From contig CAXXMV010000001.1 in assembly GCA_963662285.2 (NCBI GenBank), positions 1,189,080-1,253,079 of the forward strand: DNA of 64,000 nt, written 5' to 3'. A model generated the notes under the pieces. The model saw nothing but the letters and a program-made list of their open reading frames with translations, did no database searches and was not told the origin of the DNA. Both the position numbers and the translations under genes were made by a program. Of the stretch, positions 10,279-20,579 are shown piece by piece. Source of the stretch: a bacterium. GTDB lineage: Bacteria; Hinthialibacterota; Hinthialibacteria; Hinthialibacterales; Hinthialibacteraceae. Within the stretch, counting starts at the first letter, position 1; every line of letters starts with the position of its first letter.

Positions 10279-13062
10279 CTAAAATACACATTGCTCCCTC
10301 AATATACCGCCATCCTTAAATACGACTTCGATATGTACGGTTGTTCCATTTGAGATGTATTTCTCGCGAAAGCAATTCCCTGCATAAATACGAAGAAATG
10401 TAGATGGATTGATTTGGATATCTTCCGTGTGAATAATACGTTTCCACGTATAGTTAAATCGATCATAGACATGAAATGCCAGTTTCCATTGATCGCCAGT
10501 TTCTGTAGTCCATTTTTGTATTGGTTGGTTATTTGGATTGAAAGCCGTTATTTGAATAGATTGGATTATTTTATCCGCATTAGTTTTCCCAAGGAGTAAA
10601 CCAAATTCCAAATCTATGACCTTGTCTTTGTTAAAACTGGATGTTCCCACAACATCCAGGTAGTTTCCTGAAAACCAGAAATGCGCTGCTTCATAAGGCA
10701 GCAAAATATAAAGACAAAGAATTATCAGTAATGCGGTGCAACAATAGATATATGTACTCTTGCTATTTGTAAGAGATATCAGGATTTGAGTAAACCGCTG
10801 TATCCCGGACTGGTAAGGTTCCCGGTAAACAATGATCCATAGAAGAATCAAAAAAGCGAATAGTGAAATTAGATACGCCGCCCAATCAAACCACTGATTA
10901 TAATACCGCAGTTCAAGCAAACCATTTGATGCAGAGACAGTAATATATTTACCGACGCATGACGTCTCACACGGTTGGATCAATTCTAAAATAGGAATCT
11001 CGTTTCCATCGAGAAATGCATGCCATTTTCTATAGCGTGATATGGCGAGCCTGATCAATACCTTCTTGTCATAACCGCTTAATCTAAGAGTTATGTTCCC
11101 CGGTTGAATAGACTCCATATTGGTTACGCCATTGGCCGTTCCGATTATTTCATAGCAGGTATTGCGATAATTGATGTTTTCATAAAGTTTCAGACCGCCA
11201 TATTGACCAAGCCGTTTCATGCCTGGAACTTCTTCTATGCGACGTGGATTACCTCTTCCTATGAAATATTTCATCTGAGCGAGGATTGGGCTTGATACAT
11301 CTGTCCAACAACTGCGGGTTGTTAAAACCATTGTTGGAGTATATGGCGGAGTGACAATGCCGAATCCGTAAGTGAATGGGATTGCACTGCCAATGACATT
11401 GCTGCGAACTCCAATCCGTGGAGTTGTGAACGGTAGAAAAAATTGCTCTAGACCGGATTTAACAGGCTCATTCTCACAGATATTGTGCATGACAATTTCA
11501 TAATCACCATAGGATTCACTATGTATTCTTCCCAAAGGAAATTGATCTTTGAAATCGAATCGTTTTGCGGCCATTTGGGCGACGGATTCGCCAAAGGGAA
11601 GAATAAAGGTCAATATAGTAGAAGCCAGAAGAGTCTTGGTGAACGTTGATAGAACAGGATGAAATGGCGATTTGTCTTGAGAATGAGAGGTTTCTCCTGA
11701 GAGACGCCGCACCAAAGATGTCAGAATTAAACCGATTTGTGATAATAGAGGCTGTACCATACCTCCTGCCAGGATCACGCCCCATATTTTGGAGTATCCG
11801 GGGAAACGAATGGCGCGCACGTTAATAATATAATTAGCAAGATGCTCAGATGGAAACCATTCATAAAAAACATCCAGCAGAGGAATCCAATTCAATATAT
11901 ATAACAAAGCAAGCGTCGTTGGAATGGGTCGTTTCGAAAGCAATCCCCATATACATCCAGAGATTCCTAAAAAGGCGAAGAGAGGGGGAGTTGTTACAAA
12001 TAAGCCGCCATCAAAGACTTTTATCATGATGCTATCGGGGGAAACTAATAACGAACCGTATCCCTGCACCCATTCTCCACTGGCGAGAAATGGCGTCACC
12101 CACCAGGAGGCCATAGCAATACCGATAATGATTAATCCGCTGTGCGTGAGCATAGTAACAATATAATCACGGCGATTGGAAGACCAGAAATATCCGCTAA
12201 CTGCAATAGCGAAACAATTTATACAGAGAACGGGTAAGGCGAAAACATGCGCCAGAACTGCGGACATGACCACTATAGGCAGCGCAATATGCCGAAACCT
12301 GAATTCGGTAGTGCGGGTAATGCTGATTATGTAGACAAACAAGGCAATGATCGTTAATCCACCGCTAAGAGTCATGGGCCATTGCGCCGTGGAAAAACAT
12401 TGCCCCCATCCGAAAAAATCCACAGCGCCTACATCAAAGACCAACAGCAAAGCCGCGAAAAAACCACCAAAACACCCGAATAGATATCTGCCAATTCCAT
12501 ATAATGCTCCTAATAATATAAACCAACTCACAAATACAGTAATGAAATAACTGGTGGATAGGCTGCATTGGAATCCCGTCAACAAACGTATCAGGCAGTA
12601 TAGCATTGCTCCGCCTGGTGGATATAAATCGTTAAGCGGCGCTCCTGCGCCTAGGGCTGACGTCCAAGGCAGTAGAGTTCCGTAATTCCATAGAGCATGT
12701 TCGGTTAACCAGCAACGCAGCATGTGGGTAGTATGATCGGTAGTTGCCGGGATCTCATATTGATAAAAATCACGAAACAGAAAGAGAGATAGGCCTATCA
12801 AGCAAAAAGGCGCCCAACTTTCTTGTATCAAGTTTTGCTTGCTGCAAGAAAGACGGGGCCAAATATACAGATATAAATGAACAGATATTGCTAAAAAGAA
12901 TATACAGCAACAAGATTTTGAAAAAACAGTAAAAAAGGAGGGTGCTAGAGAAAATAAAGTAATATTTCCGACGGCTAATCCTTTTGATAACAATGCCATC
13001 AATATCAGAAATATCAAATGGTAATATCTACTAAACACTTTACCAGGTCGGAGAAATAACAT
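10279..13062 (-). CDS. Multi-pass membrane protein, YfhO/PTPS-related (GT-C-fold glycosyltransferase-like)
   Basis: More than 12 hydrophobic helices; N-terminal loop DHxxH...W...GAGxP..LYPP; YfhO-like C-terminal segment (YRKWHAFLDG). Confidence 0.65.
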   Translation of the reverse strand: MLFLRPGKVFSRYYHLIFLILMALLSKGLAVGNITLFSLAPSFFTVFSKSCCCIFFLAISVHLYLYIWPRLSCSKQNLIQESWAPFCLIGLSLFLFRDFYQYEIPATTDHTTHMLRCWLTEHALWNYGTLLPWTSALGAGAPLNDLYPPGGAMLYCLIRLLTGFQCSLSTSYFITVFVSWFILLGALYGIGRYLFGCFGGFFAALLLVFDVGAVDFFGWGQCFSTAQWPMTLSGGLTIIALFVYIISITRTTEFRFRHIALPIVVMSAVLAHVFALPVLCINCFAIAVSGYFWSSNRRDYIVTMLTHSGLIIIGIAMASWWVTPFLASGEWVQGYGSLLVSPDSIMIKVFDGGLFVTTPPLFAFLGISGCIWGLLSKRPIPTTLALLYILNWIPLLDVFYEWFPSEHLANYIINVRAIRFPGYSKIWGVILAGGMVQPLLSQIGLILTSLVRRLSGETSHSQDKSPFHPVLSTFTKTLLASTILTFILPFGESVAQMAAKRFDFKDQFPLGRIHSESYGDYEIVMHNICENEPVKSGLEQFFLPFTTPRIGVRSNVIGSAIPFTYGFGIVTPPYTPTMVLTTRSCWTDVSSPILAQMKYFIGRGNPRRIEEVPGMKRLGQYGGLKLYENINYRNTCYEIIGTANGVTNMESIQPGNITLRLSGYDKKVLIRLAISRYRKWHAFLDGNEIPILELIQPCETSCVGKYITVSASNGLLELRYYNQWFDWAAYLISLFAFLILLWIIVYREPYQSGIQRFTQILISLTNSKSTYIYCCTALLIILCLYILLPYEAAHFWFSGNYLDVVGTSSFNKDKVIDLEFGLLLGKTNADKIIQSIQITAFNPNNQPIQKWTTETGDQWKLAFHVYDRFNYTWKRIIHTEDIQINPSTFLRIYAGNCFREKYISNGTTVHIEVVFKDGGILREQCVF

Positions 13063-13170
13063 GTTTAAAATTGATTTCCGTATAGCGTGTTAGTTTTTAT
13101 ATGCTATAGCCTAGCAGAGCAACAAGCCTACGGGAAAGGGTGGGGTGAGAATATTGGTTATGATAAAATT

Positions 13171-13740
13171 TTAGCGCGGTTCATGTTTGAGCGACGCTGA
13201 ATTGATGCAGTAACGCAGTCCGGTTGGTTGCGGACCATCATTGAATACATGACCTAGATGCGCCCCGCAGGCGCTGCAAAGCACTTCTGTGCGAACTTCG
13301 CCCAGGCTGGAATCTTCTTTGGTTTGAACATTTTCGCTGTTGAATGGCTTCCAGTAGCTGGGCCACCCGCTGCCAGAATCGTACTTGTTTTGCGAGTCGA
13401 ATAATTCTTGTCCACATCCTACGCAATGATATACGCCATCGGCTTTCAGATCATTATATTCGCCAGTGAACGCTCTTTCCGTTCCCTTCTGACGAGTGAC
13501 ATAGTATTGTTCTTTGGTTAATATTTTCTTCCATTCTTCATCGGTCTTAACAATTTTATAGGTCATTTCAGGGGTTTCCTTAATATTCGATTTGCTGGTA
13601 TGCGAGGATGCCGCTGTGGGCGCCTTCACTGATGATAAATTATTATTGTTGTTGTTTTCTGCTTTATTGCTGTCGCATGAAATAAATGAATATGCCATAA
13701 TTATAGAAATAATTATCAAAAAAATCAGTGGTCTTTTCAT
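13171..13740 (-). CDS. msrB: Peptide-methionine (R)-S-oxide reductase, exported (probable lipoprotein)
   Basis: GTERAFTG, Cxx[19 protein letters not shown] and RYCINSAS motifs; hydrophobic leader ending ISC; GGAG RBS. Confidence 0.95.
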   Translation of the reverse strand: MKRPLIFLIIISIIMAYSFISCDSNKAENNNNNNLSSVKAPTAASSHTSKSNIKETPEMTYKIVKTDEEWKKILTKEQYYVTRQKGTERAFTGEYNDLKADGVYHCVGCGQELFDSQNKYDSGSGWPSYWKPFNSENVQTKEDSSLGEVRTEVLCSACGAHLGHVFNDGPQPTGLRYCINSASLKHEPR

Positions 13741-13845
13741 GGTGTTTCTCCTTAAAGGCCTCTTTATATTATATTATAGATTATATTGATTGAGCAGCAG
13801 GTAAGTTTCTTTGTGTTGCGAAGTATGTATGGAAATGACGCCAGT

Positions 13846-13897
13846 TTAGAACGATTATCAAAATAACGTGCGTCAATGCGGTTGTTAACCGCTATAA
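13846..13897. repeat. TA-flanked palindromic element, short copy
   Basis: ttagaacgattatcaaaata ... ttgttaaccgctataa; left end nearly identical to 1418-1437. Confidence 0.65.
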
Positions 13898-13922
13898 CTT
13901 TCGGGATGCGGGGAGAAGTCGC

Positions 13923-16058
13923 ATGACAAAAAGAATCAGGATTAACCAAGGACCGAATTATTATGCTCTGGAAGTTCAGGGCAAAGCCAATCAGCCGATC
14001 TGCGCGGCAATGGTTTTGGAGAGGGCGGAAACATTCCTACAAAAACGCTTGAACGCCACGCTGGAAGAGATCGTTGAACGTCTCGATGATAATGCCCCCC
14101 GCGTAGCCGTGATCATGGGGTCGCCCGATCACCCGGCGCATGTAATGGATCATGAAACGTCATTAATGGCGGCGGCGGCCATCTGGATGCACGGCGGCGT
14201 TCCCTTCCCCTTTGGCGTTCCCGTGATGTGCGACGGGACCGCTCAGAGTACGCCGGGCATGAGTTACTCACTGGCATCGCGTAACCTGGTCAGCGCTATG
14301 GTGATTAATCAGATGGAGTCGCACCTATATCATGGCGCCTTCGTCATCCAGGGATGCGATAAGACTCCAACCGCCATAGTTAATGCCCTGGCTTCACTGG
14401 ATATTACCCGGCGGGCGCGGGGTGAGGCGCCGTTGTTCGCTTCTTTCGCTCCGGCTCACGTTCTACGCGGCGGGGTGATTCCCCAAAAACTGCGCGATGA
14501 ACTACTTGATTTAGCTAAACAGGCTGATGCCCATAACGCGCAAACTCTGGGCGATGATATCCGTTACGCATTGCAGCATCTTCTGCAATGCACCACCAAT
14601 CAGGCGTACCAGGGGATTCTGACGCGGGCTGTGCAACAAGGATTGCTCTCAGTCAAAGAACATAAACTGATAGAGAAGCAACTGGCGGTTTATACCTGCC
14701 ATAAACAAGGCGGCGTCTGCGCATTCAATGGAACTGGCAACAGCAGCCGCCATCTGACGTCCGCTTTGGGATTGGTGCATCCCACTGTAGAGTTTTTGAC
14801 TGATCCACCAACATTCGAGCAGATCAATGAATCCGTCAAAGCAATGATGGCGGTTTGCAATGATCCAGACTATGGCGTTGCAAATATTGTGAAAAAAAAT
14901 ATCCGCAATGCGGTGCGGGTGCATAGCGCGATGGGTGGCTCGACTAATATCATGATTCACTTGATCTCGTGTATGATTTATTCCGGCGTTAAGTACAGCA
15001 TCTATGATTATAACCAAATCAGAAGATGGAACAGGATTCCCGATTTGATGGATTATAGTTTAACGCAGGGGCGGGACATCTTCGCTCTGGCGCAGCAGTG
15101 CCAGACCGGAAAGATCAGTGGAATTGCAACGGTTCTCTATGAACTGCGGCGCAATGGCGTTTCAATTGACGAAAACGCTCCAACCATGGCGGGCGTTACA
15201 TGGAAGCAACGGCTGCGCAAGGGTAAGGCGATATCCGCTGATAATGTCAAAACGAATCAGATCATTCTATCCAAGCCGAAACGGCCTATCAGCGGCATAG
15301 ACGTCTTGTCGGGCAATTTTATGGAGAGCGCGGTAGTGAAGATTAGCGGGATGCCCGAAACTCAACTGGATGCTTTCGATGAAAAAATAGCGGTTGTGTT
15401 ATATTTTGAAAGCGAAGAAGATGCAGTTGCGGAATTATTGAATGTCAATATTGATCAACATATTTTGAAAGCGCCGGGCTTAAATCTCGAGACGCTTCTG
15501 CAAATATATCGACGTAACACGGGTAATATGCATAGCGGGTTGGATAAGATTCCAAACAAGAAAAAACTCTTACAACTCATGATTGAAGAGGACGCGTTCC
15601 GCATGGCCATCGTGATTGCCGGACAAGGGCCGGAAGCCTATGGCATGCCGGAAATGTTCACGCCAATGCACCATATTAACCATAACCAGGCGCTGAAAAA
15701 AATTGCAGTATTGATAAGCGACGGACGCTATTCGGGAGTCAGTTACGGCGCCGCGATTGGTCATGTAACGCCTGAAGCATTGAATCAGGGCGGCTTGCTA
15801 TATCTACAAACCGGCGATCTGCTGCATATCCGTCTACGGAAGAGGAAGATCAACCTTTTGGATGCCGAAACATTTAATGGCGGTAGAATTAAGTTGTATC
15901 AGGGTAAACTATCAATGAAACGCAATACCTTGGGTGAGCAGCGCTTAAAACGACTCAGCAAGAGACAGGCCGCCATTGATCCTAGCAACCTGATGACGCA
16001 AATCACGGACGCCGCGCATGGCGTGGTTCCCACTAATGTTTGGAATCGAGCAAAATAG
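13923..16058 (+). CDS. IlvD/Edd-family dehydratase (divergent, Edd-like)
   Basis: PVMCDG, GCDK, GVCAFNGTGNS, MGGSTN, GQGP..GMPEM and SDGRYSG...GHVTPEA motifs. Confidence 0.85.
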   Translation: MTKRIRINQGPNYYALEVQGKANQPICAAMVLERAETFLQKRLNATLEEIVERLDDNAPRVAVIMGSPDHPAHVMDHETSLMAAAAIWMHGGVPFPFGVPVMCDGTAQSTPGMSYSLASRNLVSAMVINQMESHLYHGAFVIQGCDKTPTAIVNALASLDITRRARGEAPLFASFAPAHVLRGGVIPQKLRDELLDLAKQADAHNAQTLGDDIRYALQHLLQCTTNQAYQGILTRAVQQGLLSVKEHKLIEKQLAVYTCHKQGGVCAFNGTGNSSRHLTSALGLVHPTVEFLTDPPTFEQINESVKAMMAVCNDPDYGVANIVKKNIRNAVRVHSAMGGSTNIMIHLISCMIYSGVKYSIYDYNQIRRWNRIPDLMDYSLTQGRDIFALAQQCQTGKISGIATVLYELRRNGVSIDENAPTMAGVTWKQRLRKGKAISADNVKTNQIILSKPKRPISGIDVLSGNFMESAVVKISGMPETQLDAFDEKIAVVLYFESEEDAVAELLNVNIDQHILKAPGLNLETLLQIYRRNTGNMHSGLDKIPNKKKLLQLMIEEDAFRMAIVIAGQGPEAYGMPEMFTPMHHINHNQALKKIAVLISDGRYSGVSYGAAIGHVTPEALNQGGLLYLQTGDLLHIRLRKRKINLLDAETFNGGRIKLYQGKLSMKRNTLGEQRLKRLSKRQAAIDPSNLMTQITDAAHGVVPTNVWNRAK

Positions 16059-16110
16059 TTATTAAATTAATCCAGTACTCCGTCCAACTCATAATGCAGG
16101 GCAACCAAGT

Positions 16111-16145
16111 CCCCTCTCCCCACGGGAGAGGGTTAGGGTGAGGGG
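16111..16145 (+). repeat. REP-like GC hairpin element (ccctctccc-N-gggagaggg-N-agggtgaggg family)
   Basis: cccctctccccacgggagagggttagggtgagggg; related copies at 58476-58509, 56787-56819, 56884-56923 and a half copy at 13131-13149. Confidence 0.75.
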
Positions 16146-16218
16146 AAATTACAGAACACCTCCTGACAGAGATAGGTCAGACTACGAACAACACTTTATA
16201 AACCAAGGGGAGAAGTAA

Positions 16219-17298
16219 ATGCCAAACATATTCGGACAAAATTTATCCCGCAAAGAACTATCCACTCATATCGGCGCCGAATGGCAGGCGGGTGGAATAC
16301 GCCGTATGCGTTTTGTTGATGGTCAGGAAGATGGAACCGAACTGGTTCAATTTGATACGGCGTCCGGGCTTACCTTCAATGTACTGCCCAGCCGTGGACT
16401 CGATATCTCTTCAGCCAAATACTGCGGCGCATCTCTCTGCTTTGAAACTCCAGCCGGTGAAGCGCATCCAGCCCATTTTGATCCTCAGGGACTTGGTTGG
16501 ATCAAGACTTTCTTCAGTGGTTTGCTGACTACCTGCGGCATGACCTGGGCGGGAGCGCCCTGCGAAGATCAAGGCGAGTCGCTGGGGCTGCATGGCCGCT
16601 ATTCGCATCTCGCTGCGCGGAATCTTAAAGTCGGCGACGATTGGCAAGGCAATAACCGTCGGCTATGGGTATCGGGAGAGGTGCGCGAAAGCGCCATATT
16701 CGGTCCGAATGTGGTAATGCGGCGCACTATTTCAACTGAGGTCGGCTCCAACACCATAAGTATAGAAGACACAGTGCGCAACGAGGGATTCACCAAGACG
16801 CCTTTAATGCTGGTCTATCATATTAATATAGGATACCCGGTTTTGTCGGAACATAGCGAACTGTTGACCAATTCAGCCACTGTAACGCCGCGTGACGCCG
16901 AAGCGGAAAAAGGCTTCGATAAATATAACCGCTTTGAAAAACCTGTCCCCGGCTATAGCGAACAACTCTTTTATCATGACCTCAAGATGGATCGTAAAGG
17001 ATTCTGCCATGCCGCCGTCATTAATCCCAAATTCAATAACAACCAGGGATTAGGCATATTGGTTAGCTATCGCAAAAAAGAACTACCCCGGTTTGCGCAG
17101 TGGAAGATGGTCGGCGCGGGCGATTATGTCTGTGGGCTGGAACCCATGAACTGCCGCGTACAGGGGCGCGATTTCGACCGCAAAGAAAAAACGCTTCTCT
17201 TCCTAAAACCCGGCGAAGAAAAAACACACCTCATCAATATGACCGTTCTACCTGATAAGAAAACAATTAGTGAAGTTAAGAAAGCAATTTTTGGATGA
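16219..17298 (+). CDS. Aldose 1-epimerase / DUF4432 family protein
   Basis: RGLDI, GLLTTCG, LHGR, YHINIG and GLEP motifs; GGGAG RBS. Confidence 0.85.
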   Translation: MPNIFGQNLSRKELSTHIGAEWQAGGIRRMRFVDGQEDGTELVQFDTASGLTFNVLPSRGLDISSAKYCGASLCFETPAGEAHPAHFDPQGLGWIKTFFSGLLTTCGMTWAGAPCEDQGESLGLHGRYSHLAARNLKVGDDWQGNNRRLWVSGEVRESAIFGPNVVMRRTISTEVGSNTISIEDTVRNEGFTKTPLMLVYHINIGYPVLSEHSELLTNSATVTPRDAEAEKGFDKYNRFEKPVPGYSEQLFYHDLKMDRKGFCHAAVINPKFNNNQGLGILVSYRKKELPRFAQWKMVGAGDYVCGLEPMNCRVQGRDFDRKEKTLLFLKPGEEKTHLINMTVLPDKKTISEVKKAIFG

Positions 17299-17307
17299 TT
17301 TGCGGTG

Positions 17308-17354
17308 TTAGAGCGATTATCCCATTAATAACGTATTCATGCAGATCACTCTAA
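17308..17354. repeat. TA-flanked palindromic element, short copy
   Basis: ttagagcgattatc ... gatcactctaa; first 14 nt identical to the 1418 copy. Confidence 0.7.
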
Positions 17355-17584
17355 CCTCGAAACAAAAATGTCGGTATAATGAAAGTCAAATATAACTACA
17401 GCCCTTCATTGTTTTTTTCTTAGAGTTATACCTTTAAGGTTGAGGGTTTTAAAAATCATTGATAAAATCGCTAGATGCGTACAGAAAAGATTAATGATTT
17501 TTTTATATTTTGGCAGTATTTTGTAAAGAAAATATAAATATCAGATACATAGAAATATTTCATCACTCAGGAGGTATAAAACGA

Positions 17585-18496
17585 GTGGCTTGGTTCAGAA
17601 AAAAAAAGAAATTTACTACGCTTAGCATAGAAGAAAAAAAAGTGGATATTCCAAAAGGCGTTTGGCGCAAGTGCGATGCTTGCGAAAAATACATTACTAA
17701 CGATGAGATCAAGCGTAATGTATATATTTGTTCGTATTGCGGTTATTATTATGTATTGCCGGTGGAAGACCGGATCGCTTCTATAATCGATCCAGGTACT
17801 TTTGAAGAATTTGATGCGTCGTTGGCCTCTAAGAATCCCTTGGATTTCGAAGGCTATGAAGACAAATTGATCCGCGCTCAAAAGAAAACCGGACGCAACG
17901 AAGCCGCCGTCACAGGCAAAGGCGAGATATCCGGCTATCCCATAATTCTCAGCGTGCTCGATTTTTCTTTCATGGGCGGAAGCATGGGTTCAGTAGTCGG
18001 TGAGAAGATCACCCGTTCTGCTGAAAGAGCGCTTAATGACGAACTGCCTCTGGTTATTGTATCAACCGGCGGCGGCGGTGCGCGTATGCATGAGGGTATG
18101 CTTTCCCTGATGCAGATGGCCAAAACCAGCGCCGCTATGGGGCGGCTCAAGAAAAATGGAATACCTTATATTTCAGTAATCGCCAACCCGACCATGGGCG
18201 GCGTGGCTGCCAGTTTCGCCGCGCTGGGTGATGTGATCCTTGCTGAACCAAAGGCTCTGATCGGTTTCGCTGGCCCACGGGTTATCGAACAGACCATCGG
18301 CCAAACCTTGCCGGAAGGCTTCCAACGCTCTGAGTTTTTGCTAGAGCATGGCATGATTGACCGCATCGTAAAGCGTAAAGAGATTGCCAATGAAATAAAG
18401 ACCATATTAACCCACATGTTCTATAACCGCTCAGCTCTACGAGCAAGAGAAAGCGGCGCTTCACCCCAATTATGCTCTATCAATAACGCGCAATAA
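17585..18496 (+). CDS. accD: Acetyl-CoA carboxylase carboxyltransferase beta subunit
   Basis: WRKCxxC zinc finger, MGGSMGSVVGEK, GGARMHEG, PTMGGV, GFAGPRVIEQT and FQRSEFLLEHG motifs; GGAGG RBS before GTG 17585. Confidence 0.97.
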   Translation: MAWFRKKKKFTTLSIEEKKVDIPKGVWRKCDACEKYITNDEIKRNVYICSYCGYYYVLPVEDRIASIIDPGTFEEFDASLASKNPLDFEGYEDKLIRAQKKTGRNEAAVTGKGEISGYPIILSVLDFSFMGGSMGSVVGEKITRSAERALNDELPLVIVSTGGGGARMHEGMLSLMQMAKTSAAMGRLKKNGIPYISVIANPTMGGVAASFAALGDVILAEPKALIGFAGPRVIEQTIGQTLPEGFQRSEFLLEHGMIDRIVKRKEIANEIKTILTHMFYNRSALRARESGASPQLCSINNAQ

Positions 18497-18528
18497 TATG
18501 AATTGAATTCAAAAAATGCATCCCCCCC

Positions 18529-18558
18529 ACTCCCCGTTAGTAATAGCGGGGAGTTTTT
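18529..18558 (+). terminator. Intrinsic terminator after accD
   Basis: actccccgtta/tagcggggagt stem followed by a T tract. Confidence 0.75.
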
Positions 18559-18630
18559 ATTTAATCTCATAAACCCACTTTCCTCTATTAAACCGAAAAA
18601 AAATCCACCCCAACATATATCCACCAAAGC

Positions 18631-18661
18631 GTAGGATGGGTCAGCGCTTTACCGACCCATC
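18631..18661 (+). repeat. GTAG-type REP element
   Basis: GTAG followed by palindrome gatgggtc...gacccatc; degenerate copy at 58422-58451. Confidence 0.7.
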
Positions 18662-18771
18662 AAAGAACAACCTCCAATATTAAACCACTCACCTACCCCC
18701 GCCCCTTTAATCAAACACCTTTTTATGCCAATGTCCTAACAATAACCAACACTTTTTCAGGAGGATGCCCA

Positions 18772-20577
18772 GTGAAACGATTGATAAAAATAATGTGGAT
18801 GTCGGTCGCCCTATGCGCCATCTTAATATCCGGCGTCAACGCCGATGAAGCGCCCGCCAAACCGCCATGCCATAACCAATCGCAGTTATCAAAAGCGCTC
18901 AAATCTTTACGTAGCGAGCATTCAGATATATTGCGGCTCTCGACAATGGCCAAAAGCCACAATAACCGCGATGTATTCCTGGTGGAGATTGCCAGCAAAG
19001 GCGCTCTCGATAAACAACACCGCCCCGCCATGCTGGTGGTCGGAGATATAGAAGGCAGCCGCTTATCGGGAACCGAAACGGCGCTTGCTTTTATCGGGCA
19101 TATCTGCCAGCAGGCGGAGCAATGTGAAAAAATAAAAGCCCTCTTAAGCGAAAAAACCATTTATGTTATTCCACGCTTGAATCCCGATGCATCCGAAAGT
19201 TATTTCCAAAAACCATTGCTCGAAAACAATACCAATACCACCGCCCATGACGCCGACCATGACGGTTTCGTAGATGAAGACGGATCAGACGATCTAAACA
19301 ACGATGGCCTTATCAGCTGGCTGCGAATTGAAGACGTCAAAGGTACTTACATACCTCATCCCGATGACGACCGGATTCTTATCGAAGCCGATAGCATCAA
19401 AGGCGAATCAGGCCGCTGGTTGTATTTCCCCGAAGGCAAAGACAACGACCAGGATGAAAAGATCGACGAAGACGCCCCTGGCGGCGTAAACTTCAACCGG
19501 AATTTCCCCTATCAATACACTTTCTTTAATCCCGATGCGGGCATGTATCAACTCTGCGAAAAAGAGCCTAGAGCACTGGCCGATTTCATTCTCACTCATC
19601 CCAACATCGGCATCGTAGTAACATTTTCCAGCCAAGGTTCTTTGCTCAAAACTCCCGAATCTGGAGATTCTCCAGGCAACCGCAAACCGCAGACCAAACT
19701 AAGAAAAGAAGACGCCAAAATTTATGATTATCTCGGCGAACAATACCGCGAACAAATTGGCCTAACCAAGGAGGTTGATTCACCCCAAGTCAAAGGCTCT
19801 TTCGCTGATTGGGTATATTTCCACCAGGGGCGTCTCTCTCTGACAACACCCATATGGAACCCCGATATCGCTCTCGCTCTTAAAAAAGAGGATAAGGATT
19901 CAGAAAAGAAAGAATCCGAAAAAGAAGAACTCGAAGACAAAAATTCTGATAATGACTCTGATAAAGAGAAAGAGACCGGAAAAGAAAAAACTGAAGAAAA
20001 GAAAAAGGAAGAAGAGAAACGCAGCGAAACTGATCTTGAATTCCTCAAATGGCTCGACAAGAATGCGCCTGATTACTTCCTCCCCTGGCAAGAGATCAAG
20101 CATCCCGATTATCCGGGACAAAAGGCGGAAATCGGTGGATTCACTCCATTCGCTAAAATCATACCGCCTCAGAAGATGCTTGATGATCTAACCGATAAAA
20201 ATGCCAAATACCTGGTATGGTTAGCCCAAAAACTACCGCGCATCAAAATTCATGACATTGAACTAAACCCCCTGGGCGCCGGCGTATATGAGATGCTGGT
20301 GAAAATAACCAATAATGGTTACCTCCCCACGGTCTTGACTCATGGCATACGCACCAATCAGGTGCATGAAACCCGTGTGGAAATCAATATCCCCAAAGAC
20401 AAAATCCTCAGCGGCAAAGCCATGTTCAAAATTGATCCACTAGCAGGAAGCGGCGGCGATCAACAAAAACGAGTGGTATTCCAAGCCAGCAAGAATCAAA
20501 AAATAACCGTTAAAGTAATCTCCGCTCTGGCTGGACGTGATCAAAAGACTGTCATTATTGGCGGGAAAGGAGAATAA
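18772..20577 (+). CDS. M14 zinc-carboxypeptidase-like protein with degenerate active site
   Basis: Signal peptide; PRLNPD and NFNRNF M14 motifs; DxDxDG loops; HxxE replaced by ExxR; Lys/Glu-rich insert. Confidence 0.85.
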   Translation: MKRLIKIMWMSVALCAILISGVNADEAPAKPPCHNQSQLSKALKSLRSEHSDILRLSTMAKSHNNRDVFLVEIASKGALDKQHRPAMLVVGDIEGSRLSGTETALAFIGHICQQAEQCEKIKALLSEKTIYVIPRLNPDASESYFQKPLLENNTNTTAHDADHDGFVDEDGSDDLNNDGLISWLRIEDVKGTYIPHPDDDRILIEADSIKGESGRWLYFPEGKDNDQDEKIDEDAPGGVNFNRNFPYQYTFFNPDAGMYQLCEKEPRALADFILTHPNIGIVVTFSSQGSLLKTPESGDSPGNRKPQTKLRKEDAKIYDYLGEQYREQIGLTKEVDSPQVKGSFADWVYFHQGRLSLTTPIWNPDIALALKKEDKDSEKKESEKEELEDKNSDNDSDKEKETGKEKTEEKKKEEEKRSETDLEFLKWLDKNAPDYFLPWQEIKHPDYPGQKAEIGGFTPFAKIIPPQKMLDDLTDKNAKYLVWLAQKLPRIKIHDIELNPLGAGVYEMLVKITNNGYLPTVLTHGIRTNQVHETRVEINIPKDKILSGKAMFKIDPLAGSGGDQQKRVVFQASKNQKITVKVISALAGRDQKTVIIGGKGE

Positions 20578-20579
20578 CC

